Of a stretch of 64,000 nt of DNA, positions 7,884 through 15,490 are shown piece after piece; position 1 is the stretch's first letter, and each line of letters starts with the position of its first letter. The stretch is from a virus. A program made the translations under genes and the position numbers. The stretch lies in IMG/VR virus record IMGVR_UViG_3300044691_000566, positions 95,747-159,746 of that record. The stretch is one strand, 5' to 3'. The notes below the pieces were generated by a model. That model worked only from the letters and a program-made list of their open reading frames with translations, was not told the DNA's origin and searched no databases.

Positions 7884-9278
7884 ATGACGACACCGCCCGG
7901 ATACTCGGGGCAGGAGATCGACACCGAGGGCGTATACGGCAACGCGGGTGCTGCTCCTCGGGGTACCCAGAACCTGGTCTCCAACACGGAGACCGCCACC
8001 CCGGCCGGTGCCGCATACGGTGGCGGCGCCAACGTCGTGACCGGCGGCACCCTCACCGGCACCCCGGACACCGAGGGGATCGGCACGGGCGCCAACGGCC
8101 CGTACGTGCCCAACCCGCCGCCGCTGCTCACCGGCACCCTGGACACCCAGACCCTGGGCTGGCCGCTGACCTCCGGGGTCACCCAGGCGTACCGGGCCCC
8201 CAACACCACCATCGGCCTGGTCGGTGCGGCCGGTGCGTTCGACACCACCCGCACCGACACCCCGATCACCGACGGCTCGATCCGCAACGACTACCAGCAG
8301 AACCTGAGCGGCACCCTGGAGTCGGGCAACATCGGCGCCATCGGCCCCGTCAGTGCCCTCGTGCCGGTCGCCCCCTCCGGCACCCCCACGGTGGCCGCAG
8401 GCGCCCGTACCGCGACCGTGACGTGGTCCACGGTGGCCGACCCGGACGCCACGGCGCCCGTGCTCGGATACGTGATCATCGGCTCCACGGGCGGCACCAC
8501 GTACACGGGCCGGGGCGTCACCACCGCCGTGGTGACCAACCTGGTCCCCGACCTGCCGTACTCGTTCCAGGTGCTGGCCCGGAACCGCAACGGCAACGGC
8601 CCGCTGGGCACCGCCTCCGCCACGGTGACGCCGTACAACCCGGACGAGCCGGACGTCGGCAAGCCCGGCGGCCTGGACCCGTACTGGGCCCAGAACCCGA
8701 TCTACGGCCCCGACGGCACCGTGAAGGCGGGCTCGGGCCTCGCGGGACGCCCCGCCGCGCCCACGAGCGTCGTCCTGACCGGCAATGGCACCGTGGGCGG
8801 CGTGGTGGCCACCTGGGTTGCCCCGGCGACCGGCGGCACCGTGAGCAGCTACACCGTCACCCTGTCCTCGGGACAGACCAAGTCGGTGTCGGCCAGCACC
8901 CTGACGACCACCTTCACCGGGGTCGCCAACGCCACCGCGATCACCGCGACGGTCACCTCGGTGGGTTCGGTGGCCAACGCCACCTCCACGGCTTCGGCTG
9001 TCTTCGGCAAGCCCACGGCCCCGGCGGCTCCCACCGCCACCAGCCCGTCGGCGGGCACCATCCACGTGGTGTGGACCGCCCCGACTTCGGGCGCCCCGAT
9101 CAACTACATCGTCACCCTCGCCGGTCAGGACACCACCTCCCACACGGTGGCGGGCACCATCTTGACCAACGACTTCACCGCCCTGACCACCGGCCACGTC
9201 GACACCGTCACGGTGGGGGCGCAGGGGTCGGTGTCCACCACCACCTCGGCCGCCTCCGGCAACGTCACCGTCACCTGA
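7884..9278 (+). CDS. fibronectin type III repeat virion protein
   Basis: Three Fn3-like repeats (ATVTWS...YSFQVLARNRNGNG; VATWVAP...SYTVT; VVWTAP...NYIVT). Confidence 0.8.
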   Translation: MTTPPGYSGQEIDTEGVYGNAGAAPRGTQNLVSNTETATPAGAAYGGGANVVTGGTLTGTPDTEGIGTGANGPYVPNPPPLLTGTLDTQTLGWPLTSGVTQAYRAPNTTIGLVGAAGAFDTTRTDTPITDGSIRNDYQQNLSGTLESGNIGAIGPVSALVPVAPSGTPTVAAGARTATVTWSTVADPDATAPVLGYVIIGSTGGTTYTGRGVTTAVVTNLVPDLPYSFQVLARNRNGNGPLGTASATVTPYNPDEPDVGKPGGLDPYWAQNPIYGPDGTVKAGSGLAGRPAAPTSVVLTGNGTVGGVVATWVAPATGGTVSSYTVTLSSGQTKSVSASTLTTTFTGVANATAITATVTSVGSVANATSTASAVFGKPTAPAAPTATSPSAGTIHVVWTAPTSGAPINYIVTLAGQDTTSHTVAGTILTNDFTALTTGHVDTVTVGAQGSVSTTTSAASGNVTVT

Positions 9279-9286
9279 TCCGGCCG

Positions 9287-9321
9287 CGAGGAGCCCCGTA
9301 CACCGCGTACGGGGCTCCTCG
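9287..9321 (+). terminator. hairpin
   Basis: CGAGGAGCCCCGTAC-ACCGC-GTACGGGGCTCCTCG perfect stem. Confidence 0.6.
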
Positions 9322-9352
9322 TACCGCTGCCGGTCGTCGCATCATGCGGTCC

Positions 9353-9386
9353 TGTCGGGCGCCCCCGGTCCCCCCGGAAGGGTTGA
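9353..9386 (+). promoter_or_regulatory. late-promoter motif TGTC-N20-GAAGGGTTGA
   Basis: Motif copy. Confidence 0.65.
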
Positions 9387-9415
9387 AGGCCACCACCCAG
9401 CGGATCGGGAGCGGA

Positions 9416-10063
9416 ATGTCCACCACCAGCCAGCACGTGGGATACAAGATCCCGGATGGGTCGGACCCCTTCCTGCGGACCGACTTCGTCCAGAACCTCA
9501 ACCTCCAGGACCAGTACACGGGCGACTGGATCTGCACGAGCACCACCCGACCGGCCTGGGGCAGCGGCCAGGCGGGCATGAAGATCGTCGAGACGGACAC
9601 CCGCCGCACCCTGATGTGGACCGGCACCACGTTCCGGGAGATGCTCTACGGCCCCGCCGTCTGGTGGGGCTCCATCCGCCCCAACGCGACCATCTCCCAC
9701 GGCACGGTGGTGTCCTACACCGTCGGCACGTTCACCGTGAACCGCCCCGGCACGCTGCTCGGGTTCGCCAACACCGAGTACGCGATGCCCAACACCGGCT
9801 ACATCGGCGCCTCCACCCGCGTCACCATCGACGGCGCGGTGGCGAGCTGGGACACCTCCGGCGTCGACTTCATTGAGACCAACTTCCCCAGCGGCGGCAC
9901 CGACTTCTGGGGCGTCACCATCCCGGCCATGGGCGTCCGCAACATATCCGCCGGAACCCACTCGGTCGGCATCCAGATCCTGGGCACCGTCACCGGCACC
10001 AACACCCTCAAGATCGTCTCCAACCGCACGCTGGCCATGTTCGTCAACGCGACCGACCGCTAG
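9416..10063 (+). CDS. virion fibre-like protein
   Basis: RBS GGGAGCGG; CTSTTRP...GMKIVETDT motif typical of actinophage minor tail/fibre proteins. Confidence 0.65.
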   Translation: MSTTSQHVGYKIPDGSDPFLRTDFVQNLNLQDQYTGDWICTSTTRPAWGSGQAGMKIVETDTRRTLMWTGTTFREMLYGPAVWWGSIRPNATISHGTVVSYTVGTFTVNRPGTLLGFANTEYAMPNTGYIGASTRVTIDGAVASWDTSGVDFIETNFPSGGTDFWGVTIPAMGVRNISAGTHSVGIQILGTVTGTNTLKIVSNRTLAMFVNATDR

Positions 10064-10072
10064 GACCGCCAC

Positions 10073-10942
10073 ATGGCGCTCTTCTGGAACGACCGGCAGT
10101 ACGTCTCCCAGTACGCGGTGGACGTGGTGGGCATCCACCTGCTCCGCAACCAGGTCCCGGTGGACGCCGACTCCGGCGTCGCCCTCACCATGGTCTCGGA
10201 GAACACCGGCAGCGAGGTCTTCTCCCGCGCCGCCACCCACAACGCGACCGGCGACTACTCGGCGTCGTTCAACAGCGTGGAGACCTCTGTCCCCGGGTCC
10301 TACACGCTGGCGTGGACCTACGTCCTGACCGGGCAGCCGGAGTACCTGGAGTCCGGCATCGAGGTCGGCCCGGCTGCCCCCTCGTACGACAATCTCGCGC
10401 CGGGGATGAAGGACATCGTGGAGGGGGTCATGATCCGCATCGCGGACACCATCGACTCCCCGGGCGGTGGCCCGAATTTGTTGACATATGTCCAGAGCAA
10501 GTTCGGCCGGGGCCGGATCGCCGAGCTGATGCGGATCGCCCTGGGCCGCCTCAACACGGTCGCCCAGCCCCATCAGACCTACACCCTGGACGGCAATGGG
10601 GGCGCCACCTTCCCCTTCGCCCAGTGGGGTCCGCTGCTGGAGGCCGTGACCTGGGCGGAGACGCTCAAGCATCTGATCCGCAGCTACAACGAGCAGCCGA
10701 ACTTCATCGGCTCCGGCAACATCTCCCGCCTGGACCGCCGGGACTACGTCCAGCGCTGGCGCGACTCCCTCATGGACGAGGAGGCCGCGATCAAGGGGCA
10801 GCTCGATGTCTTCAAGATCGCGTCCATGGGCCTGGGCCGACCGGCTGTGCTGATTTTCGGGGGCGTCTATGGTCGGTACGGGCCCACTCGCATGTCGGGT
10901 AGCGTGGCCGCGCGGCCCCGTTACTGGACGAGATTCTACTAA
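10073..10942 (+). CDS. putative head-to-tail adaptor
   Basis: Position, and motifs LKHLIRSYNEQP and LDRRDY.QRW reminiscent of cluster C adaptors. Confidence 0.55.
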   Translation: MALFWNDRQYVSQYAVDVVGIHLLRNQVPVDADSGVALTMVSENTGSEVFSRAATHNATGDYSASFNSVETSVPGSYTLAWTYVLTGQPEYLESGIEVGPAAPSYDNLAPGMKDIVEGVMIRIADTIDSPGGGPNLLTYVQSKFGRGRIAELMRIALGRLNTVAQPHQTYTLDGNGGATFPFAQWGPLLEAVTWAETLKHLIRSYNEQPNFIGSGNISRLDRRDYVQRWRDSLMDEEAAIKGQLDVFKIASMGLGRPAVLIFGGVYGRYGPTRMSGSVAARPRYWTRFY

Positions 10943-10960
10943 AACCGGACATTACGGCCA

Positions 10961-11065
10961 TGATAGGGTCAGGTCCTGCAAGGCACGGCAGGGCTAGGCG
11001 AGGTCTGGCAGGGTACGGCTGGGCACGGCAGGGGGAGGGCGATCACCTACGGGTGGTCGCCCTCC
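10961..11065 (+). ncRNA. GGY/NN repeat RNA unit B1
   Basis: TGATAGGGTCA; NN = AA AC AG TA GA CT AG AC TG AC AG; cUACGg hairpin. Confidence 0.75.
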
Positions 11066-11089
11066 GTTGTTGACAGATCCAGTAGGACA

Positions 11090-11185
11090 TGACAGAGTCA
11101 AGTCGTCCTCATTCACCTGGGGCGGGCGTCGGTCGATCCGTGGTGCTCCCTTTCGCAACAAGGGCACGGATTGACCGACGTCTTT
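11090..11185 (+). ncRNA. non-repeat hairpin small RNA inside array B
   Basis: TTGACA-N17-CAGAGT leader, then an 18-bp stem GGCGTCGGTCGATCCGTG/CACGGATTGACCGACGTC with two G.U pairs and a TTT tail. Confidence 0.55.
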
Positions 11186-11204
11186 GTACTCCCGTCGGTA
11201 ACCC

Positions 11205-11288
11205 TGATAGAGTCAAGTCCTCGGCACGGCTAGGTAGGGCAGGGTTTGGTAGGGCAGGGAGAAGGGGTCCTCTACGGAGGACCCCTTC
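11205..11288 (+). ncRNA. GGY/NN repeat RNA unit B3
   Basis: TGATAGAGTCA; NN = TC AC TA AG AG TT AG AG; cUACGg hairpin followed by GTTTT. Confidence 0.75.
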
Positions 11289-11344
11289 GTTTTGCCCCCG
11301 CAGGCCCGGTAGAGTCCGGCCTCCACCGTCAGAGAGGACCCTCA

Positions 11345-11554
11345 ATGCCCGACAGCGAGATCATCAGGGACTGGTACACCTCCAGCGCCTGCGGGGCGAA
11401 CAACTCCTGCCTGGAGGCCCGCACTTACGCCGACGGGTCGGTCGAGATCCGCAACTCCCAGGACCCGAAGGGCACCCTCCTCCGGTTCACCGAGGACGAA
11501 TGGTCCGCCTTCCTCGTGGGCGCCCGCGCCGGGGAGTTTTCCACCGGGGCATGA
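11345..11554 (+). CDS. DUF397-family protein
   Basis: WYTSSACGANNSCLEA...VEIRNSQDP...LRFTEDEWSAFL matches the actinobacterial DUF397 consensus. Confidence 0.85.
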   Translation: MPDSEIIRDWYTSSACGANNSCLEARTYADGSVEIRNSQDPKGTLLRFTEDEWSAFLVGARAGEFSTGA

Positions 11555-11556
11555 CC

Positions 11557-11640
11557 TGATAGAGTCAAGTCCTCGGCTAGGCATGGCGGGGCTCGGCTTG
11601 GCACGGCAGGGAGAAGGGGTCCACTACGGTGGACCCCTTC
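11557..11640 (+). ncRNA. GGY/NN repeat RNA unit B4
   Basis: TGATAGAGTCA; NN = TC TA AT GG TC TT AC AG; cUACGg hairpin. Confidence 0.75.
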
Positions 11641-11656
11641 GTCGTTGGGAGGACGG

Positions 11657-11836
11657 ATGCGCATCGGTCAGGAGCCGCCCCGGCGGGAGAAGCTGCGGGG
11701 CTACGTGATCACCGGCTGCATCAAGTGCGGCGGCCGGTCCAAGTGGATCCGGCGTGGACCGCACGACTGCTGCTTGCGCAAGGACATGAGCCGGGCCCGG
11801 GAGAAGCAGGAATGGCGCCGGACCCTCAGGGATTGA
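11657..11836 (+). CDS. small basic Cys-rich protein (59 aa)
   Basis: RBS GGAGG; CIKC...HDCC; its stop is the TGA of the next leader. Confidence 0.6.
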   Translation: MRIGQEPPRREKLRGYVITGCIKCGGRSKWIRRGPHDCCLRKDMSRAREKQEWRRTLRD

Positions 11837-11932
11837 TAGAGTCAAGTCCCTGGCAAGGCTGGCCAAGGCCCGGTAGGGCACGGCTTGGCCCGGCAGGGCA
11901 GGGAGAAGAGCCCCACTACGGTGGGGCTCTTC
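11834..11932 (+). ncRNA. GGY/NN repeat RNA unit B5
   Basis: TGATAGAGTCA; NN = CT AA TG AA CC AG AC TT CC AG AG (one GCC triplet); cUACGg hairpin. Confidence 0.75.
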
Positions 11933-11956
11933 GTCGTTGACGGACCCCGCAGTTCA

Positions 11957-12070
11957 TGACAGAGTCAAGTCCTGCATGGCCGGGCGGGACGTGGCGCGGT
12001 GTGGCATGGCTAGGTAGGGCCGGGCAGGGCATGGGCTGTGGAGATGGGGCCTCTTTCGGGAGGCCCCATC
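11957..12070 (+). ncRNA. GGY/NN repeat RNA unit B6
   Basis: TTGACG-N17-CAGAGT; NN = AT CG GG GT GC GT AT TA AG CG AG AT (one GAC triplet); UUCG hairpin. Confidence 0.75.
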
Positions 12071-12074
12071 GTCT

Positions 12075-12172
12075 TGATAGAGTCAAGTCCCTGGCTGGGC
12101 TTGGTATGGCTGGGCTTGGCGTGGTGAGGCATGGCAGGGGGAGAGGGCCCGGATTTTTAAATCCGGGCCCTC
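12075..12172 (+). ncRNA. GGY/NN repeat RNA unit B7
   Basis: TGATAGAGTCA; NN = CT TG TT AT TG TT GT GA AT AG; hairpin GAGGGCCCGGATTTTTAAATCCGGGCCCTC. Confidence 0.75.
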
Positions 12173-12182
12173 CGCCATATGG

Positions 12183-12212
12183 TTGACACTCCAGGAATCC
12201 TTGGAGTACAGT
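12183..12212 (+). promoter_or_regulatory. sigma70/HrdB-type promoter with a palindromic operator in the spacer
   Basis: TTGACA-N18-TACAGT; spacer holds ACTCCAGGAATCCTTGGAGT. Confidence 0.7.
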
Positions 12213-12250
12213 CACCTTCGCCAGAGAACGCCGAGCCCCAGGGAGGGCCC

Positions 12251-12829
12251 ATGCAGGTCCGTTTGACTCTTACCGGAACCACATCGCTGCTCATGCACAA
12301 CGCGCGGCTGTCCGACCCGTTGGACCCCTACACCAAGATGCTCAAGGCCATCTCCTCCAAGCGCACCAAGACGGAGGACGACCACGACGACATGGCGCGC
12401 GTCGAATTCCTCGGCGGCCTGTACTTCGACCCGGAGGCCGGGCCGTACGTTCCCGGCGTCAACGTCCACCGCTGCCTGGTGGAGGGCGCCAAGCTCAACA
12501 AGCTGGGCCGCCACGTGGAGCGCGGCATCATCGCCCTGGACGAGATCTGCCCGCTGGGCTACGCGGGGCCGCGCACGGAGGAGGCGCTGTGGAAGGACAA
12601 AAACTTCGTCTCCCGGCTGTCCGTCGGCGTCACCACCTCGCGCGTCATGCGCACGCGCCCCGAATTCCCGGTGTGGGGCCTGGAGGCCGACATGCTGGTG
12701 GACACCGGCCAGCTCGACCTGGAGCAGGTCCGCACCATCGCCGAGAAGTCCGGACAGATGATCGGTCTCGGCGACTACCGTCCCCGGTTCGGGCGATTCA
12801 CCGTCGAGGTCGTCGAACTCCAGGGCTGA
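12251..12829 (+). CDS. stand-alone RAMP / Cas7-like RNA-binding protein (Vipr-like effector candidate)
   Basis: 192 aa; N-terminal strand VRLTLTGTTSLLMH, PYVPGVNVHRCL, RTRPEF..W and C-terminal G-rich loop IGLGDYRPRFGRFTV are RAMP hallmarks; adjacent to the GGY/NN array; RBS GGGAGG. Confidence 0.8.
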   Translation: MQVRLTLTGTTSLLMHNARLSDPLDPYTKMLKAISSKRTKTEDDHDDMARVEFLGGLYFDPEAGPYVPGVNVHRCLVEGAKLNKLGRHVERGIIALDEICPLGYAGPRTEEALWKDKNFVSRLSVGVTTSRVMRTRPEFPVWGLEADMLVDTGQLDLEQVRTIAEKSGQMIGLGDYRPRFGRFTVEVVELQG

Positions 12830-12868
12830 TCCCGCCAGAATCTGTACCACCGAACAGAAGGAGGACGA

Positions 12869-13432
12869 ATGGCCGCCAAGCCGTTCGAGCCCAAGGGCGA
12901 TGTCGCCCGCTGGGTCCCCGTCTACGAGAATCTGCGCGACCTGGAGCCGGGGGTGCTGGTCACGTACGAGCAGCTCTCGGAGTGGGCCGGAGTCGATGTC
13001 CGGCGCGACCGCAGCCCCCTCGTGCAGGCCGAGGACAAGCTCCTGAAGGAGCACGGGCGCGGCGTCGCCAACGAGCGGGGCGTGGGGTACCGGATCATGC
13101 TGGCCTCCGAACACGGTGAGGCCGCCCGGCGCCAGACCCGGAAGGCCGACCGCCGGATCAGGAAGGCCATAACCCTTCTGACCGTGGCCGACCGCAATCA
13201 CCTGACCCCGCAGCAGCGGCAGAAGTACGAGAGTCAGGCCGGGGCTCTCCAGGCCGTCCGGGACATGACCAACCGCCTGGCGCGGCGGACGGCCGCGCTG
13301 GAGGAGGGTCTGAAAGCGGTCCGTCGGGAGACCAAGGAGACCACGGCCGGTCTGTCCGACCGCTTGGAGCGGCTGGAGGCCCGGTTCGCGAACGTTCCGG
13401 GCGATGCCCCGGCGGACAGCACCACGACCTGA
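12869..13432 (+). CDS. winged-helix plus coiled-coil protein, co-transcribed with the RAMP gene
   Basis: VTYEQLSEWAG...NERGVGYRI wHTH-like N-terminus and long helical C-terminus; RBS GAAGGAGG. Confidence 0.7.
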   Translation: MAAKPFEPKGDVARWVPVYENLRDLEPGVLVTYEQLSEWAGVDVRRDRSPLVQAEDKLLKEHGRGVANERGVGYRIMLASEHGEAARRQTRKADRRIRKAITLLTVADRNHLTPQQRQKYESQAGALQAVRDMTNRLARRTAALEEGLKAVRRETKETTAGLSDRLERLEARFANVPGDAPADSTTT

Positions 13433-13507
13433 TAAGGTCACCCCCATCGGGATTTTAAAATCCCGCACAGACGACAGGCCCGTTCATGGGGAACGGGCCT
13501 GTCGTCA

Positions 13508-13541
13508 TGTCCGGAGTCCTCCAAGCCCGGCGAAGAGGTGA
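13508..13541 (+). promoter_or_regulatory. late-promoter motif TGTC-N20-GAAGAGGTGA
   Basis: Motif copy. Confidence 0.7.
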
Positions 13542-13563
13542 AACCGCACCTCTGGAGGACGTC

Positions 13564-15336
13564 GTGCCGTACACCGTCACCCTCAACCCCGGGCTGGTCG
13601 ATGTGGCGCTGCCCGGCGGCGTCCTGGCCCAGGGCAGCCACTCCTACACCTTGACGGACGAGCAGTTCCTGATGCTGAGCCCCACGGCCGCAGCAGTGCT
13701 GTTCTCCGCCTCCGGCCAGACCGGCGGGGGCTCGGCCTGGTCGATCGACCCCACCGCCTACGGCGCCAAGGGGGACGGCAAGATCGTCACCGACGGCGCC
13801 ATGACCTCCGGGTCCGCTGTCCTGACTTGCGCCACGTCGACCCCTTTCGTCTCGGCGGATGCCACCGCAGGCAAGCTGGTCATGGTCAAGGGCGCCGGGC
13901 CCAACGGCGTGACCTGCCTGATCACCACGGTCAAGACCTTCACCGACTCCGGGCACGTGGTGCTCAACGCCAGCGCCGCCACCACGATCAGCAACGCCCT
14001 GGTCATGTGGGCCACGGACGACACGGTGGCCTTCCAGGCGGCCATCGACGCCGCCGTGGCGTACGGCCTGGCGCACAGCTACACCGCGACCATCAAGGTC
14101 CCGGCGGCCACCGGCCGGTTCTACGGCATCGGCGGGGCCCTGAAGACCGGCGGCGCCACCAAGGGCAACAGCCAGCTCACGCTGCCGGTGGTGCCCACCA
14201 CCGGGGACAAGCTGACCATCGTCTTCGACGGTCCGGGGGACAGCTCCGCCGTGCAGCACTGGCAGCAGCTCGTCCCGCAGACCGGCGGCGCCACCCTGGT
14301 CAGCTTCTTCGTGCACGCCTCGTCGTCGGCGCAGATCACCAGCATCAACAACGGCGGCAACTCCGCTGTCATCGGCGGCCCGTCCCAGCCGGGCGGCTTC
14401 GGCGTCAACCCGGGCGTCTACACCAACGTCAACGCGGTCTTCCGCAACCTCTCGATCCTGACCAGCCACAGCGCCTTCGGCCTGACCCTGAGCGCGCTGG
14501 ACCTGTCCGGCATCGCCAACGCCAGCCTGGAGAACTTCGCCTACGGCACCGCCGGATCGGTCACCGGCACCGACTACGTGAGTCCCGGGGTCTTCGCGAC
14601 GGGCCTGTCCATCGGCCTGTTGATGCCCGCCTCCGGCAACAACGACAACTGCGTGGTCCGCAATGTGACCTGTCACGGCGGGTTCACGTACGGGTTTTTC
14701 GCCACCGAGCACTGCGACATCTCCGCGATGCGCATCCTGTACTGCTGGGCGGCCTTCTGCCCGGTCGGCACCTACTACAGCTCGGTCGGCTCCACGCACG
14801 CCATCGTCGCCACCAATCTGAGCATCGAGTCGTGCACCTACGTCCTCTACGTCATCGGCGCGGGCGGTGGCGGCCTGGGGCCCTTCCTGCACCTGAGGAT
14901 CGACACGGAGACCTCCACCCCCCGGTTCGGCGACAACAACGGTGGTGTCGGCCTGGCCGCCGCACGCGGGGACGTCTACCTGAGCGGCCTCTACACGGCG
15001 GCGTCGCTGACCCTGGACAACCCGGTGGGCTTCGACATCATCGACGGCCAGCGGTCCTACCCGGTGATCTCGGTCGCGGCCAACTACGCCGTGCTGACCA
15101 CCGACGAGGTGATCCAGGTGGACTGCACGGCAGCCGCCCGGACCGTCACGCTGCCGACGGCCGTGGGCCGCAACCGCCGGATCCTGATCACCAAGATCGA
15201 CTCCAGTGCCAACGCGGTGGTCGTCGCCACCACGGGGGGACAGACCGTCAACGGTGCTGCCCCGGCGACCATCACCGGTCAGTGGACCTCGAAGGAGTAC
15301 TTCCCCACCCCGGCCGGGGTATGGATCGCCCGATGA
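13564..15336 (+). CDS. beta-helix (pectate-lyase-like) spike/fibre protein
   Basis: YGAKGDG...TDDTVAFQAAIDAA motif; RBS GGAGG before GTG 13564. Confidence 0.75.
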   Translation: MPYTVTLNPGLVDVALPGGVLAQGSHSYTLTDEQFLMLSPTAAAVLFSASGQTGGGSAWSIDPTAYGAKGDGKIVTDGAMTSGSAVLTCATSTPFVSADATAGKLVMVKGAGPNGVTCLITTVKTFTDSGHVVLNASAATTISNALVMWATDDTVAFQAAIDAAVAYGLAHSYTATIKVPAATGRFYGIGGALKTGGATKGNSQLTLPVVPTTGDKLTIVFDGPGDSSAVQHWQQLVPQTGGATLVSFFVHASSSAQITSINNGGNSAVIGGPSQPGGFGVNPGVYTNVNAVFRNLSILTSHSAFGLTLSALDLSGIANASLENFAYGTAGSVTGTDYVSPGVFATGLSIGLLMPASGNNDNCVVRNVTCHGGFTYGFFATEHCDISAMRILYCWAAFCPVGTYYSSVGSTHAIVATNLSIESCTYVLYVIGAGGGGLGPFLHLRIDTETSTPRFGDNNGGVGLAAARGDVYLSGLYTAASLTLDNPVGFDIIDGQRSYPVISVAANYAVLTTDEVIQVDCTAAARTVTLPTAVGRNRRILITKIDSSANAVVVATTGGQTVNGAAPATITGQWTSKEYFPTPAGVWIAR

Positions 15337-15338
15337 CC

Positions 15339-15424
15339 TGATAGAGTCAGGGCCTCGGTATGGCTGGGCCGGGCTCGGCTGGTCGGGGCATGGCAGGGGA
15401 GGCCCCCACTTCGGTGGGGGCCTC
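15339..15424 (+). ncRNA. dispersed GGY/NN repeat RNA unit C
   Basis: TGATAGAGTCA; NN = TC AT TG CG TC TG GG AT AG (one GTC triplet); cUUCGg hairpin. Confidence 0.7.
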
Positions 15425-15429
15425 AGCCG

Positions 15430-15463
15430 TGTCCGGGGTCCGGCGAGCCCGGTGAAGGGGTGA
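15430..15463 (+). promoter_or_regulatory. late-promoter motif TGTC-N20-GAAGGGGTGA
   Basis: Motif copy. Confidence 0.7.
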
Positions 15464-15490
15464 AGAGATCCCCTTGACCCGGAGGCCGAC

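Noticed and set aside
5867-12172. Calling the repeat arrays CRISPR arrays
   Set aside because: There are no constant 23-47-nt repeats alternating with contiguous unique spacers. The variable information is in 2-nt pieces, each unit has its own promoter-like leader and hairpin, and no cas1/cas2 is present.
10961-12172. TRAP-like attenuators or simple microsatellites as the explanation for the pentamer tracts
   Set aside because: Most units have no downstream gene to attenuate, the NN strings are all distinct rather than slippage copies, and two decode to meaningful protein motifs. Not formally excluded without experiments.
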